Part shown: piece after piece, positions 1-9,560 of the stretch
Layout: each line of letters starts with the position of its first letter
Numbering within the stretch: the first letter of the stretch is position 1
Assembly (NCBI GenBank): GCA_035252155.1
Contig: DATFDL010000224.1
Span: 2,984-66,983, forward strand
DNA length: 64,000 nt
From: Pirellulales bacterium
GTDB lineage: Bacteria > Planctomycetota > Planctomycetia > Pirellulales > JAICIG01
Direction of reading: 5' to 3'
Position numbers and translations under genes: made by a program
The notes under the pieces: model-generated
Database searches by the model: none
What the model was told of the DNA's origin: nothing
Seen by the model: only the letters and a program-made list of their open reading frames with translations

Positions 1-269
1 GCCACGCGAAACACTTCGTCGGTCTCGGCCGCGCCCGCCCCGCCGGTAACGACCAACTCCTTGGGCGAGAATTGCTGCAAGTGCCTCAGCACTGCCCGGA
101 GCGTGTCGGGCTGCGTGACGCCGGTGGTGTCGTCCTTCGAGGCCCAGGTGTCGTTGGGTTTGACAGCTACCCGCTTGCCCCGCGCGATTTTTTCGAGATC
201 CAGGTGAGCGAGCGCCTGTTCGATGGCGCGCTCGATGTCGGCATGCTGGGTGATTGCGACCTTAGCCAT
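1..269 (-). CDS. DUF362 domain-containing protein, N-terminal part (rest lies outside the window)
   Basis: Absent from the ORF track because it runs off the left edge. Reverse-strand ATG at 267-269. Translation MAKVAITQHADIERAIEQALAHLDLEKIARGKRVAVKPNDTWASKDDTTGV... resembles DUF362 N-termini. Confidence 0.55.
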   Translation of the reverse strand, partial: MAKVAITQHADIERAIEQALAHLDLEKIARGKRVAVKPNDTWASKDDTTGVTQPDTLRAVLRHLQQFSPKELVVTGGAGAAETDEVFRV

Positions 270-375
270 ATGGTTCGACTCCGGGCGTATGTTTAATCGA
301 CAACCGCCCGGAGCAAGTCGCGCGCCTTTGGCGTTCAGTTGAGACGGATGGCGCCGGCGCATTACAATCGTTCCC

Positions 376-558
376 ATGCACGATGGTTCTGTCCCAGGTT
401 CTCGGCAAGCAACCGCTCCCCAGTTCTCGCTGGCAACTTTGCTCATTCTGGTGACCTTGGCGGCGATGGTCGCCGCCGCGATCAGCGAGCTGCCCGAATG
501 GATCGGAGCGCCGCTGCTGGCCTTGATCGCGACGACGGCCGGCGTGGGACGCCCATGA
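376..558 (+). CDS. small hypothetical membrane protein
   Basis: 60-aa ORF with one hydrophobic helix (FSLATLLILVTLAAMVAAAI). No family recognised. Confidence 0.25.
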   Translation: MHDGSVPGSRQATAPQFSLATLLILVTLAAMVAAAISELPEWIGAPLLALIATTAGVGRP

Positions 559-712
559 CGGCAGCGCTGTCCCGCCGAGCGGCAAGCTCGTGCAAGCACC
601 GAGCAACCTGACTGCGGGCGATCGTGTGCCGGCCATTCCTTAAAAAAACGCACGGTTGCTCGACGAGACTGCCAAAAGTACCCACAGATTCAAAAGCAAA
701 AGGGCCCGGGTG

Positions 713-2344
713 CTACGGCTTGACCACCGTCAGCCATAGATCGCTGGTGCGGGCGCCGAGAGAAAGCGGGGTTTCGGCGAGATGGCGGCGGCTCGTTGGC
801 TCGGTGGCCGTGCCGACAATCTGAATCGGCCCGGAAAAGACAGCCGAGCCGGTGAAGGTCAGTTTCACCGTCTTGGCGGTGTCGCCCTGGGCCAGCGATT
901 TAACGGGCGAGCACGTCACACCGTCTGGCAAGCCAACAACCGCGACTTCGATCTCGCCCGAAAAATTTTGCCGACGGTCGATCGTCACGGGCAGCTCCAG
1001 CGTTTTGCCGAGCCCAACCGCGTAGGCATGTTGCGCGACGCTGAGCGAAAAGTCGGGTCCGAGCGGTTCCAACGAGAGGCGATAAAAATAACGCCCGCCG
1101 CTGTGCTCATAGAGGTCGGACAGCTCCAGCGTGTAGTTGCCGTCGGCGGGCGCCGTGAAATTGAGTTCGGCGTCGATGTTTTTTCCCGCATCGTCGGAGG
1201 TGGCCAATACTTTGCCGGAACCATCGACGAGACGCAGCACCGAATCGAGCGGATAACCCAGCGCGCGGCTATCGACCTTGAATCGCCAGGTTGTTCCTTT
1301 GGCCAGATGCACGCGAAACGCGTCTCGATCGCCGTCTTCGGCGATACGGCCGCTGACGCTGGCTGGCAGCTCGATGGCTTGCGGATGCGCCAGGTCGTTC
1401 GGTTCCGTTTCGCACAGCGCCGGCGTGTCGACCACCGGCAGCGAGATCGCTCCGGCCCATTGCGGTAAAAACAGATCAACGGCGGTTTGATCGGCCGACG
1501 GCGCTAGAGTGAGCCGCTTGTCGGTATCTGAAATATTCCAGCCGAACGCTTCGATCGTGCTTGGCGCGCGAGAAGCGGCCAGCGGCAGCGCGGCGTCCAG
1601 AAAGCCGCCGGTGGTCACGGTCAGGCGATAAACGAACGTTTCACCGCCGGCCAGCGAGATCGAAGCGTCGGGCGTGGCGGGAAACGCGAAGATCCGCACC
1701 AGATACAGGCCGTCGGCCGGCGCGGCGAAGGTCACCAGCGGATCGAGGCCGCGCTCGTCGTCGCTCTGGGCCAGCACGCTTCCTCGCGGCGAAACGATTT
1801 GCAGCACCGCGTCCATCGGCGAGCCGAGCGTCTCGTGCGCGGCGACGGCGGCCACCAGCATTTGACCCTTGACGAGCGGCACGGCGAAGGTATCGACGTC
1901 GCCGCGTTTTTCCAAGCGGCCGTTGACGGTGCGGTTCGAACTAGCGAGCGACTGCGGTTTGGCCGGGCTGTCGTTGGGCTCTTCTTCGTTAGCTTCGCTC
2001 AGCGTGCCGACGATAAACGGCAGCGGCGCGGCCGCGCCTTCGGCGTTGTAAATGCGCAGCCAATAGACGCCGGGCGGCGCGTCGGCCGCGACCGTGACGG
2101 CAAACTTACCTTGCTCCTCGGCGGCGGCAATCTGAATTCCGGGCCGATCGACCCAAACTTGCGCGGGCCAGCCGCCGGGATTGCCTCCCACGGTCACTTG
2201 CACCGCCGCTCCGCGAGCGGCTCCGGCGGGGAATACGTATTTTATGTCTGGCGCGGCGGCCCACGTGACCGAGTTCAACAGCCAAAGTAAGCCGATCGCA
2301 GGCAGCTTCTGCCCCAGCCACCGTGAAGTAGCAACCAGGCTCAC
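713..2344 (-). CDS. secreted protein with two pre-peptidase C-terminal (PPC) domains
   Basis: Two EPND...GR(L/I)...D(V/R)D.F motifs typical of PPC domains. The track ORF extends to 2545, but a GTG at 2342-2344 overlaps the upstream TGA (GTGA), and the residues before it look like out-of-frame text. Confidence 0.7.
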   Translation of the reverse strand: MSLVATSRWLGQKLPAIGLLWLLNSVTWAAAPDIKYVFPAGAARGAAVQVTVGGNPGGWPAQVWVDRPGIQIAAAEEQGKFAVTVAADAPPGVYWLRIYNAEGAAAPLPFIVGTLSEANEEEPNDSPAKPQSLASSNRTVNGRLEKRGDVDTFAVPLVKGQMLVAAVAAHETLGSPMDAVLQIVSPRGSVLAQSDDERGLDPLVTFAAPADGLYLVRIFAFPATPDASISLAGGETFVYRLTVTTGGFLDAALPLAASRAPSTIEAFGWNISDTDKRLTLAPSADQTAVDLFLPQWAGAISLPVVDTPALCETEPNDLAHPQAIELPASVSGRIAEDGDRDAFRVHLAKGTTWRFKVDSRALGYPLDSVLRLVDGSGKVLATSDDAGKNIDAELNFTAPADGNYTLELSDLYEHSGGRYFYRLSLEPLGPDFSLSVAQHAYAVGLGKTLELPVTIDRRQNFSGEIEVAVVGLPDGVTCSPVKSLAQGDTAKTVKLTFTGSAVFSGPIQIVGTATEPTSRRHLAETPLSLGARTSDLWLTVVKP

Positions 2345-3684
2345 CCCATCAACTCCGCGATCGGCGTGGGGTCGCTCACCAAGTGCGTCGGGCGGCCTTG
2401 CGGCGTGTAATAAATCTTGCCCGGCTCGATGCCGAGTTTGAGATAGACGGTCGACACGAAATTTTCGGGCGAAAGCACGCGCTCGACGGCCGAATGGCCG
2501 TTGCGGTCGGTGGCGCCCACCACCACGCCGCCCGGTGTGCCGCAACCGGCAAACAGAATCGACATGGCGTTCGACCAGTGATCGCGGCCGGGTTTCGACT
2601 GCCCGGATAACGTCGAAATTTTCGGGGTGCGCCCGAATTCGCCCAGCGCCACGACGAGCGTGGTTTCGAGCAGCCCGCGGTGTTCCAGATCTTCGATCAA
2701 CGCGGCGATCGAGTTTTCGAACGGCGGCATGCGTTTGCGGAAGCCACCAAAGATGTCGCTGTGATGGTCCCAGCCGCCGTCGTAAAGCGTGACGAATGGC
2801 ACGCCCGCCTCGACCAAACGCCGCGCCAGCAGCGCCCGTTGGCCAAAGCCGTTGCGGCCATAGGCCGCGCGTACGTCGCCGGGTTCTTTCTGAATTTCGA
2901 AGGCCCGCTGAGCCTCAGGGCTGGTCACCAGGTTGTAGCCCTGCCGGTAGTATTCGTCGACCGCGGTCACGGGGTCACCGGCGGCTTTGTCGGCCATGCG
3001 CCGCAGCCGGTCGACTTGCGATCGCAATTCACGGCGTTTGAGAAAGCGGTCGTCGGCCAGCCCCTGCGGCAGGTTCACGTCGCGGACGCGAAAGTTCGGG
3101 TTTTCGGGATTATCGGAGACGACGAACGGCGCGTACTTGGCCCCCAGAAAATTCGGCCCGCCGGAGCGCGACATGCTGGGCATCGAGAAATAAGCCGGCA
3201 AACCGTTGGGCGCGCCCCGCTCGTAAGCCGCCACCGAACCCAGGCTGGGATGAAAGCTGACGAACGCGCCGCATCCCACCGGAATGCGCGGCGGGGCGCC
3301 GGTCATCATGTAATGGTTGCCCGCCCCGTGGTTGCCCTGATCGTGCCTCACCGACCGCACCACCGCAAACTTGTCGGCGATTGAAGCCAACCGCGGCAGA
3401 CACTCCGCGAACTGCACGCCGGGTATCTTGGTGTCGATGGCGTCCAGCTCGCCGCGGATTTCGACCGGAGCTTCGGGCTTGGGATCGAAGCTTTCGAAGT
3501 GCGACGGGCCGCCGTCCATCCAGATCAAAATGCAGGCGGTCGGCCGCCGGGCCGCCGCGCTTGCTTCCGCCGCCTGGCTTTGCAGCCGCAGCAAGTCGGC
3601 CAGGCCGCCCAGCCCCATCGCTGCCAGGCCAAAGTGCAGAGCGTCGCGGCGCGTGATCCCTTCGCAATTGCGGTACAAGCTCAT
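2341..3684 (-). CDS. DUF1501 domain-containing protein (sulfatase-like, Tat signal)
   Basis: N-terminal RRDALHFGLAAMGLGG twin-arginine signal. DGGWDHH and GEFGRTP motifs characteristic of DUF1501. Confidence 0.9.
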   Translation of the reverse strand: MSLYRNCEGITRRDALHFGLAAMGLGGLADLLRLQSQAAEASAAARRPTACILIWMDGGPSHFESFDPKPEAPVEIRGELDAIDTKIPGVQFAECLPRLASIADKFAVVRSVRHDQGNHGAGNHYMMTGAPPRIPVGCGAFVSFHPSLGSVAAYERGAPNGLPAYFSMPSMSRSGGPNFLGAKYAPFVVSDNPENPNFRVRDVNLPQGLADDRFLKRRELRSQVDRLRRMADKAAGDPVTAVDEYYRQGYNLVTSPEAQRAFEIQKEPGDVRAAYGRNGFGQRALLARRLVEAGVPFVTLYDGGWDHHSDIFGGFRKRMPPFENSIAALIEDLEHRGLLETTLVVALGEFGRTPKISTLSGQSKPGRDHWSNAMSILFAGCGTPGGVVVGATDRNGHSAVERVLSPENFVSTVYLKLGIEPGKIYYTPQGRPTHLVSDPTPIAELMG

Positions 3685-3686
3685 CG

Positions 3687-5885
3687 TCAGTCCTTAAACA
3701 AGAACTCAGGGGTGTTCAACAACGCCCACAGCAAGTCTTCGGTCGCCTGCCGACGGTTGGCCGCCGAGGCGAACCACTCGCCGCCGACCTGCCGCTCTTC
3801 AGCGTCCGGCCACCGAGAATATACCAAAAGATACAGCTCTTCCACGATTTTATCGGCCGGCTGGTCGCTGGCGGCCAGCCGGGCCGCTCGTCCGTCGTCG
3901 CTGGTCACTTTGCGGTGTACGTTCGGCGCATTCATCAAGTGCAAGGTTTGCACCATCGTGGTTTCGGGCGTGCGCTCGCAGGGTGGATCCTGATTTGGAT
4001 CGGGCCGCCCAAAGGCGTCGAGAAACAGCGACTCCACCCGGTGCGACCAGATTTGCGTGGCCCGCGACCCGCCCGGCAACGCCGAAAACGTCTCGGGCAC
4101 TTCGGTAATGTCGCTAACGGCGTCGAGCAGCACCTCGGCCCGCAACCGCTGCCGATAGTGGCGAGAGTAGCTGCGCGTGTCGGCCACGTTGCGGTCGTTG
4201 GCCAGCGACGACAGACCGTAGACGTGCGAAGTCATGATTGTCCGCAAGAGGCGCTTCATGTCGAAGCCCATCTCACGGAAATGTTTGGTCAGCGCCGAGA
4301 GCAGCGCTTCGTTCGAGGCGGGGTTGGTCACGCGCAGGTCGTCGACCGGATCGACCAGCCCGCGGCCCATCAGCTCGGCCCACACGCGATTGACGGCCAC
4401 CTTGGCGAAATACGGATTGTCGGGCGAAAGCATCCAGTCGGCCAGCGCCTCGCGCAGGTCTTCTTCACCTTCGGTCGTGCGGGCCGAACCGAACAGCGGC
4501 TTGGGCGGCACCGGCTGTCCGCTGGTCGGATGCGTCACCGTGCCCTTGGCCGCGGCAAACACCATCTCTTCGCCACCAGAGATGGGCGGCGACAGACCGG
4601 TGCCCTTACGCCCGACGTGCGAAAACCAGGCGGCGAAGCCGTAGAAATCGTCCTGTCCCCAGGCCTCGAACGGATGATGATGGCACTTGGCGCACTCCAG
4701 CCGAATGCCGAGAAACAGTTGGCTGACCGCCGTGGCGATTTCGGGCGGCTCGCGACGGTCGCGAAACAGCGTGACGGCGCCGTTGCGCCAGGTGCTGCCG
4801 CGGGCCGTCACCAGCTCGCGCACAAATTGGTCGTAAGGCAGGTTGCGGCGGAAGGCGTCGCGCAGCCAGGCGTCGAGGCTGAACGTCGCTTTGACGCCCA
4901 CGCGATAGGCGTTGGGCCGCAACAGATCGGCCCACTTGTTGGCCCAGAAATCGGCGTACTCCTCGCGGGCCAACAGCGCGTCGATCAGCCGCTCGCGCTT
5001 CGAGGGCGATTGATCGGCCAGAAACGCGCGGGTTTCGTCGGGCGTGGGCAGCCGGCCGATCGCGTCGAGATACGCCCGTCGCAGAAACGCGCTGTCGGTC
5101 GCCGGTTCGCTGGGGGTGACGCCCAGCTCTTGCAGCTTCGCCCAAACATGTTCGTCGATGAAATTCTTGCGCGGCAGGGCGGCATAAACGGCCGCCTCGA
5201 CCGGCTCGGCCAGCGGGATGAGCGTGTTCCAAGTGGCGATGTGGCTCATATAGCGGGCCATGATCGCGGTTTCGCCCGGCAGGATGCCGGCCTTCACCAA
5301 CCCGTGTCGATCGACGGCGACGATCGCGCTTTCGTTTGATTGAAACGTGCTGCCGCGCGTCACGTCGCGCGTCGAGCCATCGGAGTAGTGGGCGGTGACG
5401 GTGAGTTGCTCGCTTTGGCCAGCGGCCAGCTTATGCTCGTCGGGCGACAGCGAGATGCGCACCAACTCGGGGTCGCTGGGCAAGCGTCGTGGCATGCCTT
5501 GTTCGATCCAGCGCCGCACCAGTTCGTATTCTTCGCTTCCTTTTTGCAATCGTTCGCCGCCGCCGTGCGGCAATTCGGCCGACGCTTTTCGCAGCAGCAG
5601 GCTGCGCTCGGCGGCGGCCGGAAACAGCCGCCGTCCCCGAGCGTCTTTTACGATCCGCGCGTAGTCAAACTCGGCGTCGAAGCCCAGCAGCGAGAGTTGA
5701 AACCCGTTTTGCCCGCGTGCCTTGCCATGGCAAGCGCCCTGATTGCAGCCCGCCGCCGTCAGTACCGGCAGCACATCCAACTCAAACACCACCCGCGTCG
5801 CCGTCGGTTCGGCAGCCAGCGCCGGCCGTGCGGCCAGTAAGACGACCAAAGCGCACCACATTAGCAGCAGCGTACGGTGGACCAC
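3687..5885 (-). CDS. DUF1549/DUF1553 domain-containing protein with Ig-like (Big_2) domain
   Basis: Signal peptide, CNQGACHG, FWANKWADLLR, CAKCHHHPFE and NRVWAELMGRGLVDPVDD motifs. Forms an operon with the DUF1501 gene 3 nt downstream. Confidence 0.9.
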   Translation of the reverse strand: MVHRTLLLMWCALVVLLAARPALAAEPTATRVVFELDVLPVLTAAGCNQGACHGKARGQNGFQLSLLGFDAEFDYARIVKDARGRRLFPAAAERSLLLRKASAELPHGGGERLQKGSEEYELVRRWIEQGMPRRLPSDPELVRISLSPDEHKLAAGQSEQLTVTAHYSDGSTRDVTRGSTFQSNESAIVAVDRHGLVKAGILPGETAIMARYMSHIATWNTLIPLAEPVEAAVYAALPRKNFIDEHVWAKLQELGVTPSEPATDSAFLRRAYLDAIGRLPTPDETRAFLADQSPSKRERLIDALLAREEYADFWANKWADLLRPNAYRVGVKATFSLDAWLRDAFRRNLPYDQFVRELVTARGSTWRNGAVTLFRDRREPPEIATAVSQLFLGIRLECAKCHHHPFEAWGQDDFYGFAAWFSHVGRKGTGLSPPISGGEEMVFAAAKGTVTHPTSGQPVPPKPLFGSARTTEGEEDLREALADWMLSPDNPYFAKVAVNRVWAELMGRGLVDPVDDLRVTNPASNEALLSALTKHFREMGFDMKRLLRTIMTSHVYGLSSLANDRNVADTRSYSRHYRQRLRAEVLLDAVSDITEVPETFSALPGGSRATQIWSHRVESLFLDAFGRPDPNQDPPCERTPETTMVQTLHLMNAPNVHRKVTSDDGRAARLAASDQPADKIVEELYLLVYSRWPDAEERQVGGEWFASAANRRQATEDLLWALLNTPEFLFKD

Positions 5886-6005
5886 GGCGGGCTTTTTGGG
5901 TAGGCGGGAAACACGATCGGCGGGACGTCTAGCATAACCTATTGCCGCCGTGCGGGCAACGAAAGCGGCGGTGTCTTAGTAGTGTGTTGCCCCTGCGCAG
6001 ACTGA

Positions 6006-6069
6006 CACTAACCCGAAGCGTAAGCGAAGCAGAATCACCGTATTTCCTCGCTTACGCTTCGGGTTAGTG
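6006..6069. repeat. perfect 22-bp inverted repeat (long hairpin) in a divergent intergenic region
   Basis: CACTAACCCGAAGCGTAAGCGA (6006-6027) is the exact reverse complement of 6048-6069. Outer imperfect arms GTGTGTTGC / GCAACACAC extend the palindrome to about 5975-6095. Confidence 0.85.
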
Positions 6070-6176
6070 TGGAAAGCAACACACAATTAAGACACTGCCA
6101 CGAAAGCCATTTAGTTTACCGTTCATGCCGCTATGGTTACAATGTCGTGAAATTCGCCCCTGAAGAGGTTGCCACC

Positions 6177-7457
6177 ATGCGCTGCGCAGAATTCAAGAGC
6201 CCTCGACGACTGGCGCGAGTCGCCGGCTTAGGGGCCGTTGCCCTATTCTTGGTTGGAATGGTGACGGCTGGCGCCGCGGAACCTGCGACGGACGTAACTG
6301 ACCTCTCGTGGGTCGACCAGCGCATCGCAGACTGGGAGCTGACTGACGAAGAGCGCCGCTTTGATGAGATCGGCTGGGCCGGCGGCCTGGACGAGGCCGC
6401 GCGCCTGGCCCGCCAGTGGCAACGGCCATTGTTCGTATTCACTTACTCCGGATCAGCGACCGAGGCCAATGCCATCGCCTTGCGGCGTTGTTGAGGCGGG
6501 GCCAACAGCATGAGAGCGGGTCCGCTCTCCAACGAAACCGTCATCTCGTTGCTCAATAGCAGTTTCGTGCCGGTCTACGTCGACGGGGTCTACCTCTCGC
6601 ACAACGAGGCTGCCTCCGCCGACGAAAAAGCGGCCTATCGGCGGCTGTTTGAAGAATTCTCGCGATTCAATCGAGAGGCCGAAGCCAAGGGCGGGGCGCA
6701 GACGTCGATCGGCAGTGTGCATGCCTACATCCTCACCGCCGACGGCCGGGCCTTCGATTCGTTGCACGTCGCCGAAGCCAAAGCGAGTCGCGTGATCGAG
6801 ATGCTGCGCCGCGCGATCGAGCAACTGAAGCCCGCCGCCGGTGGACCGGCGACCAAGCCGGCGGCCCAGTCGTCGGCGCCGCAAGCGCCGCCTGGCTCGT
6901 TGGTTCTGCACCTGACTGCCCGCTATCTGCATGTGAAGCCCGGCGAGAAAGAGGCGCCCGAGGAATTTGTGCCCGTCCACACGAACGCCTTGGGGACCGA
7001 CCGCGCCGGCAACTGGTCGGACCTGCCCTCGGAGAACTGGATTGTGCTTGAGCCTGCCGAGGGGCAAAAGTTCGTGCCGGCCGGCGACCTGACCGTTGGA
7101 CGGTCGTGGGAAATCGACCGCGAGCTGGCGACCAAGATTTACTTGCGGTTCTACCCGGACACCGAGTCCAACGACTTTGCCGACAACCGGATCGACCGCC
7201 AGTCGCTCCGGGCGAAAGTCGTTTCCGTGGCCGACGGCCTGGCTCGGGTGCAGTTGGAGGGCGAGTTGAAGATGAAGCACCCCTTTTATCCGCACCGCGA
7301 AGACGACCACTTCGTCGACGCGACAGTGGCGGGTTATCTCGATTATGAAATCGGTCCGCGTCGGATTCGTTCGCTCCGGCTCGTGACCGACGAAGCCACC
7401 TACGGCAGTCCGCGGCAAACGCAGCATATTGGCGTCGCACTGCGGTCGATGCCGTGA
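6177..7457 (+). CDS. secreted thioredoxin-fold protein with an in-frame TGA at 6492-6494 (candidate selenoprotein, otherwise a nonsense pseudogene)
   Basis: Track ORFs 6069-6494 and 6510-7457 are in the same frame, separated only by TGA plus 5 sense codons. The signal peptide starts at the ATG at 6177. The pattern LFVFTYSG...RRC-TGA-GG...ETVISLLNSSFVPVYVDG spans the stop and resembles Thioredoxin_7/DUF255-type domains. Confidence 0.6.
6512..6529 (+). promoter_or_regulatory. SECIS-like stem-loop downstream of the in-frame TGA
   Basis: GAGAGCG-GGTC-CGCTCTC forms a perfect 7-bp stem with a GGUC loop starting 17 nt after the TGA. A possible lower stem pairs CGTTG (6486-6490) with CAACG (6530-6534). 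Confidence 0.5.
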
Positions 7458-7533
7458 GGGCGATTGACCCGATCGGGATCATCGGTAAATCGGACGACAA
7501 ACACTGCACCGGACTCGGGCTATTGATGAAGCG

Positions 7534-9054
7534 CTAATGCGATGCTTCGCCTTCGACAAACCGAGAACGCGATTTTGCCGGGTCTGCCGTCGTCTCGATG
7601 TCGAACAAGGCACGCACGCCGAACAGCGAGACCAACTGCGATAGTTTGGGCTGTGGAAAATTGATCTTCACGTGCAGAAACCGCTTGTCGCCGTTCTGCT
7701 CCACGGCCCACACCAGCCGGTGCTCGGCAACATCACCGCCCATTTTTAGTTCGCGCAACTGCACGGACGATACATTCCGCTCGCCCAGAGGCACCACCGC
7801 CAGCACCCGTAGTGCCTGCGAATTCTCGTCCCACATCGCCAGCGGATCGGAACATTCGAGGAAGAGCTGCCGAGGATCGGTCGAGACGGCCACGCGCAGG
7901 CCATCTTCGACCGTTTCGATCTTCGTCTCCGTCGGTATCTCCTCGGGCCGCGCGGCGAAGGGCGTGAATATGGGATCGCCGAACACGATCCCGCCGGTCG
8001 CCATGTCGAGCAGAAGATCGCGAATCAGATCGCGCAGCGGTTGAATCGGCTGCCCGTCGGCTTCATGGATGATTTTCAGCCGGTCGAACCCCGCGGCCAA
8101 ACAAGCCAAAACGACGCGGTTGTAATCGCGGCGGCGGACCTCGCCGACACTTAGCCCCTCGGCCGCCAGCGCGGCAAAGTCGCCAAACAGTTCCGGGCCG
8201 GCAGGTCTCGGGCAGGTATACGCCACATAGGCCGCGGCCCCCGTCTTGAGCATTGCCAGGCAAAAGCTCTCGTCGCGGGGCACCGTGCGTTGCCGCTTGA
8301 CGCCCGCCTGCCAGTCTTCTTCAAACCAGCGGTTCGTCACTCCGGTCAGGCAGGCGATGTTCAGCACCACCGCGCCGTCGAATCGTAAACCATCAAGGTT
8401 TTTCCAGGTTGGTCCGCCCACAACCTCGCGCGGATAGCCGTGCCCGGCGAAGAGCACCAGCGACTTTCCCGCAAGCTGCGGCATGAGGTTTTGGATGAAT
8501 TGAGCATCGCGGCCCTCGGTGAAATTCTCTCCGCCGGCAATCTGCCCCCAAAGCTGCGGCAGCGTCGCCTTTCGCAGTGGGAACTGCTGTTGGCTGACGG
8601 CCGATCGCGTGACGGCCTTTTCGCCCACGCCCGCCACGGCGATTGTCGGCTCGCGGCGGTTTTGCTCGGCATCAAAACCACGCCGGGCCAGAGACAACGC
8701 AGTCTCGGGCGTATCGCCGGTGATGAATCCATAAGCAAAATCGACAAACGGATCGTCGTCGACTTCGGTGGACAATTTCAGAAAGCTCCGAGCAAGATTG
8801 ACATCCAAATCGTCGGGCCGCACGACGATGGCCACGTATTGCGGCTGCTTAGCGCGGAGTGTCTCCAGCAAATCCGAGAAATGCTGTACATCGCTTGAAA
8901 CAACTTCACCGCCGCGCAGCTTTGCCAAGCATTCCGCGGCGGCGTAATACGGGTCTTTGGGGCCGACCAGATCGACGACGATGTAGTCGCTGCCAACAGC
9001 GACCGAAGTGGCCGCAATCAACAAGACGAACAGCGCGCGTGGGAAATGAAGCAT
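7534..9054 (-). CDS. hypothetical secreted protein (possible clan-CD-like His/Cys dyad)
   Basis: 506-aa ORF with a signal peptide. LVLFAGHGYP ... LNIACLTG is reminiscent of caspase/gingipain-fold H-G and A-C motifs. This assignment is weak. Confidence 0.6.
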   Translation of the reverse strand: MLHFPRALFVLLIAATSVAVGSDYIVVDLVGPKDPYYAAAECLAKLRGGEVVSSDVQHFSDLLETLRAKQPQYVAIVVRPDDLDVNLARSFLKLSTEVDDDPFVDFAYGFITGDTPETALSLARRGFDAEQNRREPTIAVAGVGEKAVTRSAVSQQQFPLRKATLPQLWGQIAGGENFTEGRDAQFIQNLMPQLAGKSLVLFAGHGYPREVVGGPTWKNLDGLRFDGAVVLNIACLTGVTNRWFEEDWQAGVKRQRTVPRDESFCLAMLKTGAAAYVAYTCPRPAGPELFGDFAALAAEGLSVGEVRRRDYNRVVLACLAAGFDRLKIIHEADGQPIQPLRDLIRDLLLDMATGGIVFGDPIFTPFAARPEEIPTETKIETVEDGLRVAVSTDPRQLFLECSDPLAMWDENSQALRVLAVVPLGERNVSSVQLRELKMGGDVAEHRLVWAVEQNGDKRFLHVKINFPQPKLSQLVSLFGVRALFDIETTADPAKSRSRFVEGEASH

Positions 9055-9350
9055 CAGTTAACCATCAAAGCTCGCTCGGACGATTCCGGCATTTTAGCCG
9101 CTTGGTTCGCCAATGGAACCGAGATGATCCCAAATTCGTCGTCATACGCGGCGGCGATGATCAGGAATTGCAAAGGAAGCGTGAACAATAGGCCCACGTA
9201 GCAAAAATAAACGCCCATCATGCCAATGATCATCGCCAGAAAGCTCACCAGCAGCCTTTCCAGCAGCCGTACTCGCGTGGCGCGCCAGCTTTCGCCGATC
9301 GCCGTGGCAAAATCGTAGCCGCGATCGGCCACCAAGGGCATGACGAACAT
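9054..9350 (-). CDS. small membrane protein, possibly a remnant
   Basis: 98-aa ORF with two hydrophobic helices. A stop codon lies 12 codons upstream of the ATG, so it cannot be extended. Confidence 0.35.
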   Translation of the reverse strand: MFVMPLVADRGYDFATAIGESWRATRVRLLERLLVSFLAMIIGMMGVYFCYVGLLFTLPLQFLIIAAAYDDEFGIISVPLANQAAKMPESSERALMVN

Positions 9351-9560
9351 GGTGCGCGCGTTAATCCATAGGGTCCCGCTGGATCAGCCCCGCTTGCCAC
9401 GACTGTATTTCTACGCATCGAGCGGGCTCGTTTCAAGGCAAGCGGCTCGGGCGGTTTGAAGGGACGGTTAATTCTTGCCAGCCGGTACGGTTCTCTTCGC
9501 GTCAGGCGAAACGTCGATCGCGTTTTTCGCCCCATCTATGTTTAAGCGATCAAGCCCCGC

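Noticed and set aside
713-2545. N-terminal extensions of track ORFs: 713-2545, 12735-15050, 24944-27238, 59233-60246, 61974-63167 and 9926-11140.
   Set aside because: The extensions overlap upstream genes or read as basic low-complexity text. Internal starts give proper signal peptides or family N-termini.
3915-5339. Long antisense ORFs inside large genes. Examples are 3915-5339 +, 21120-21959 -, 22323-23456 -, 25526-26587 +, 34454-36139 +, 49510-50913 + and 63145-63906 -.
   Set aside because: These are shadow ORFs typical of high-G+C DNA. Their translations are Arg/Gly/Ala-rich with no motifs, while the opposite strand carries clear family signatures.
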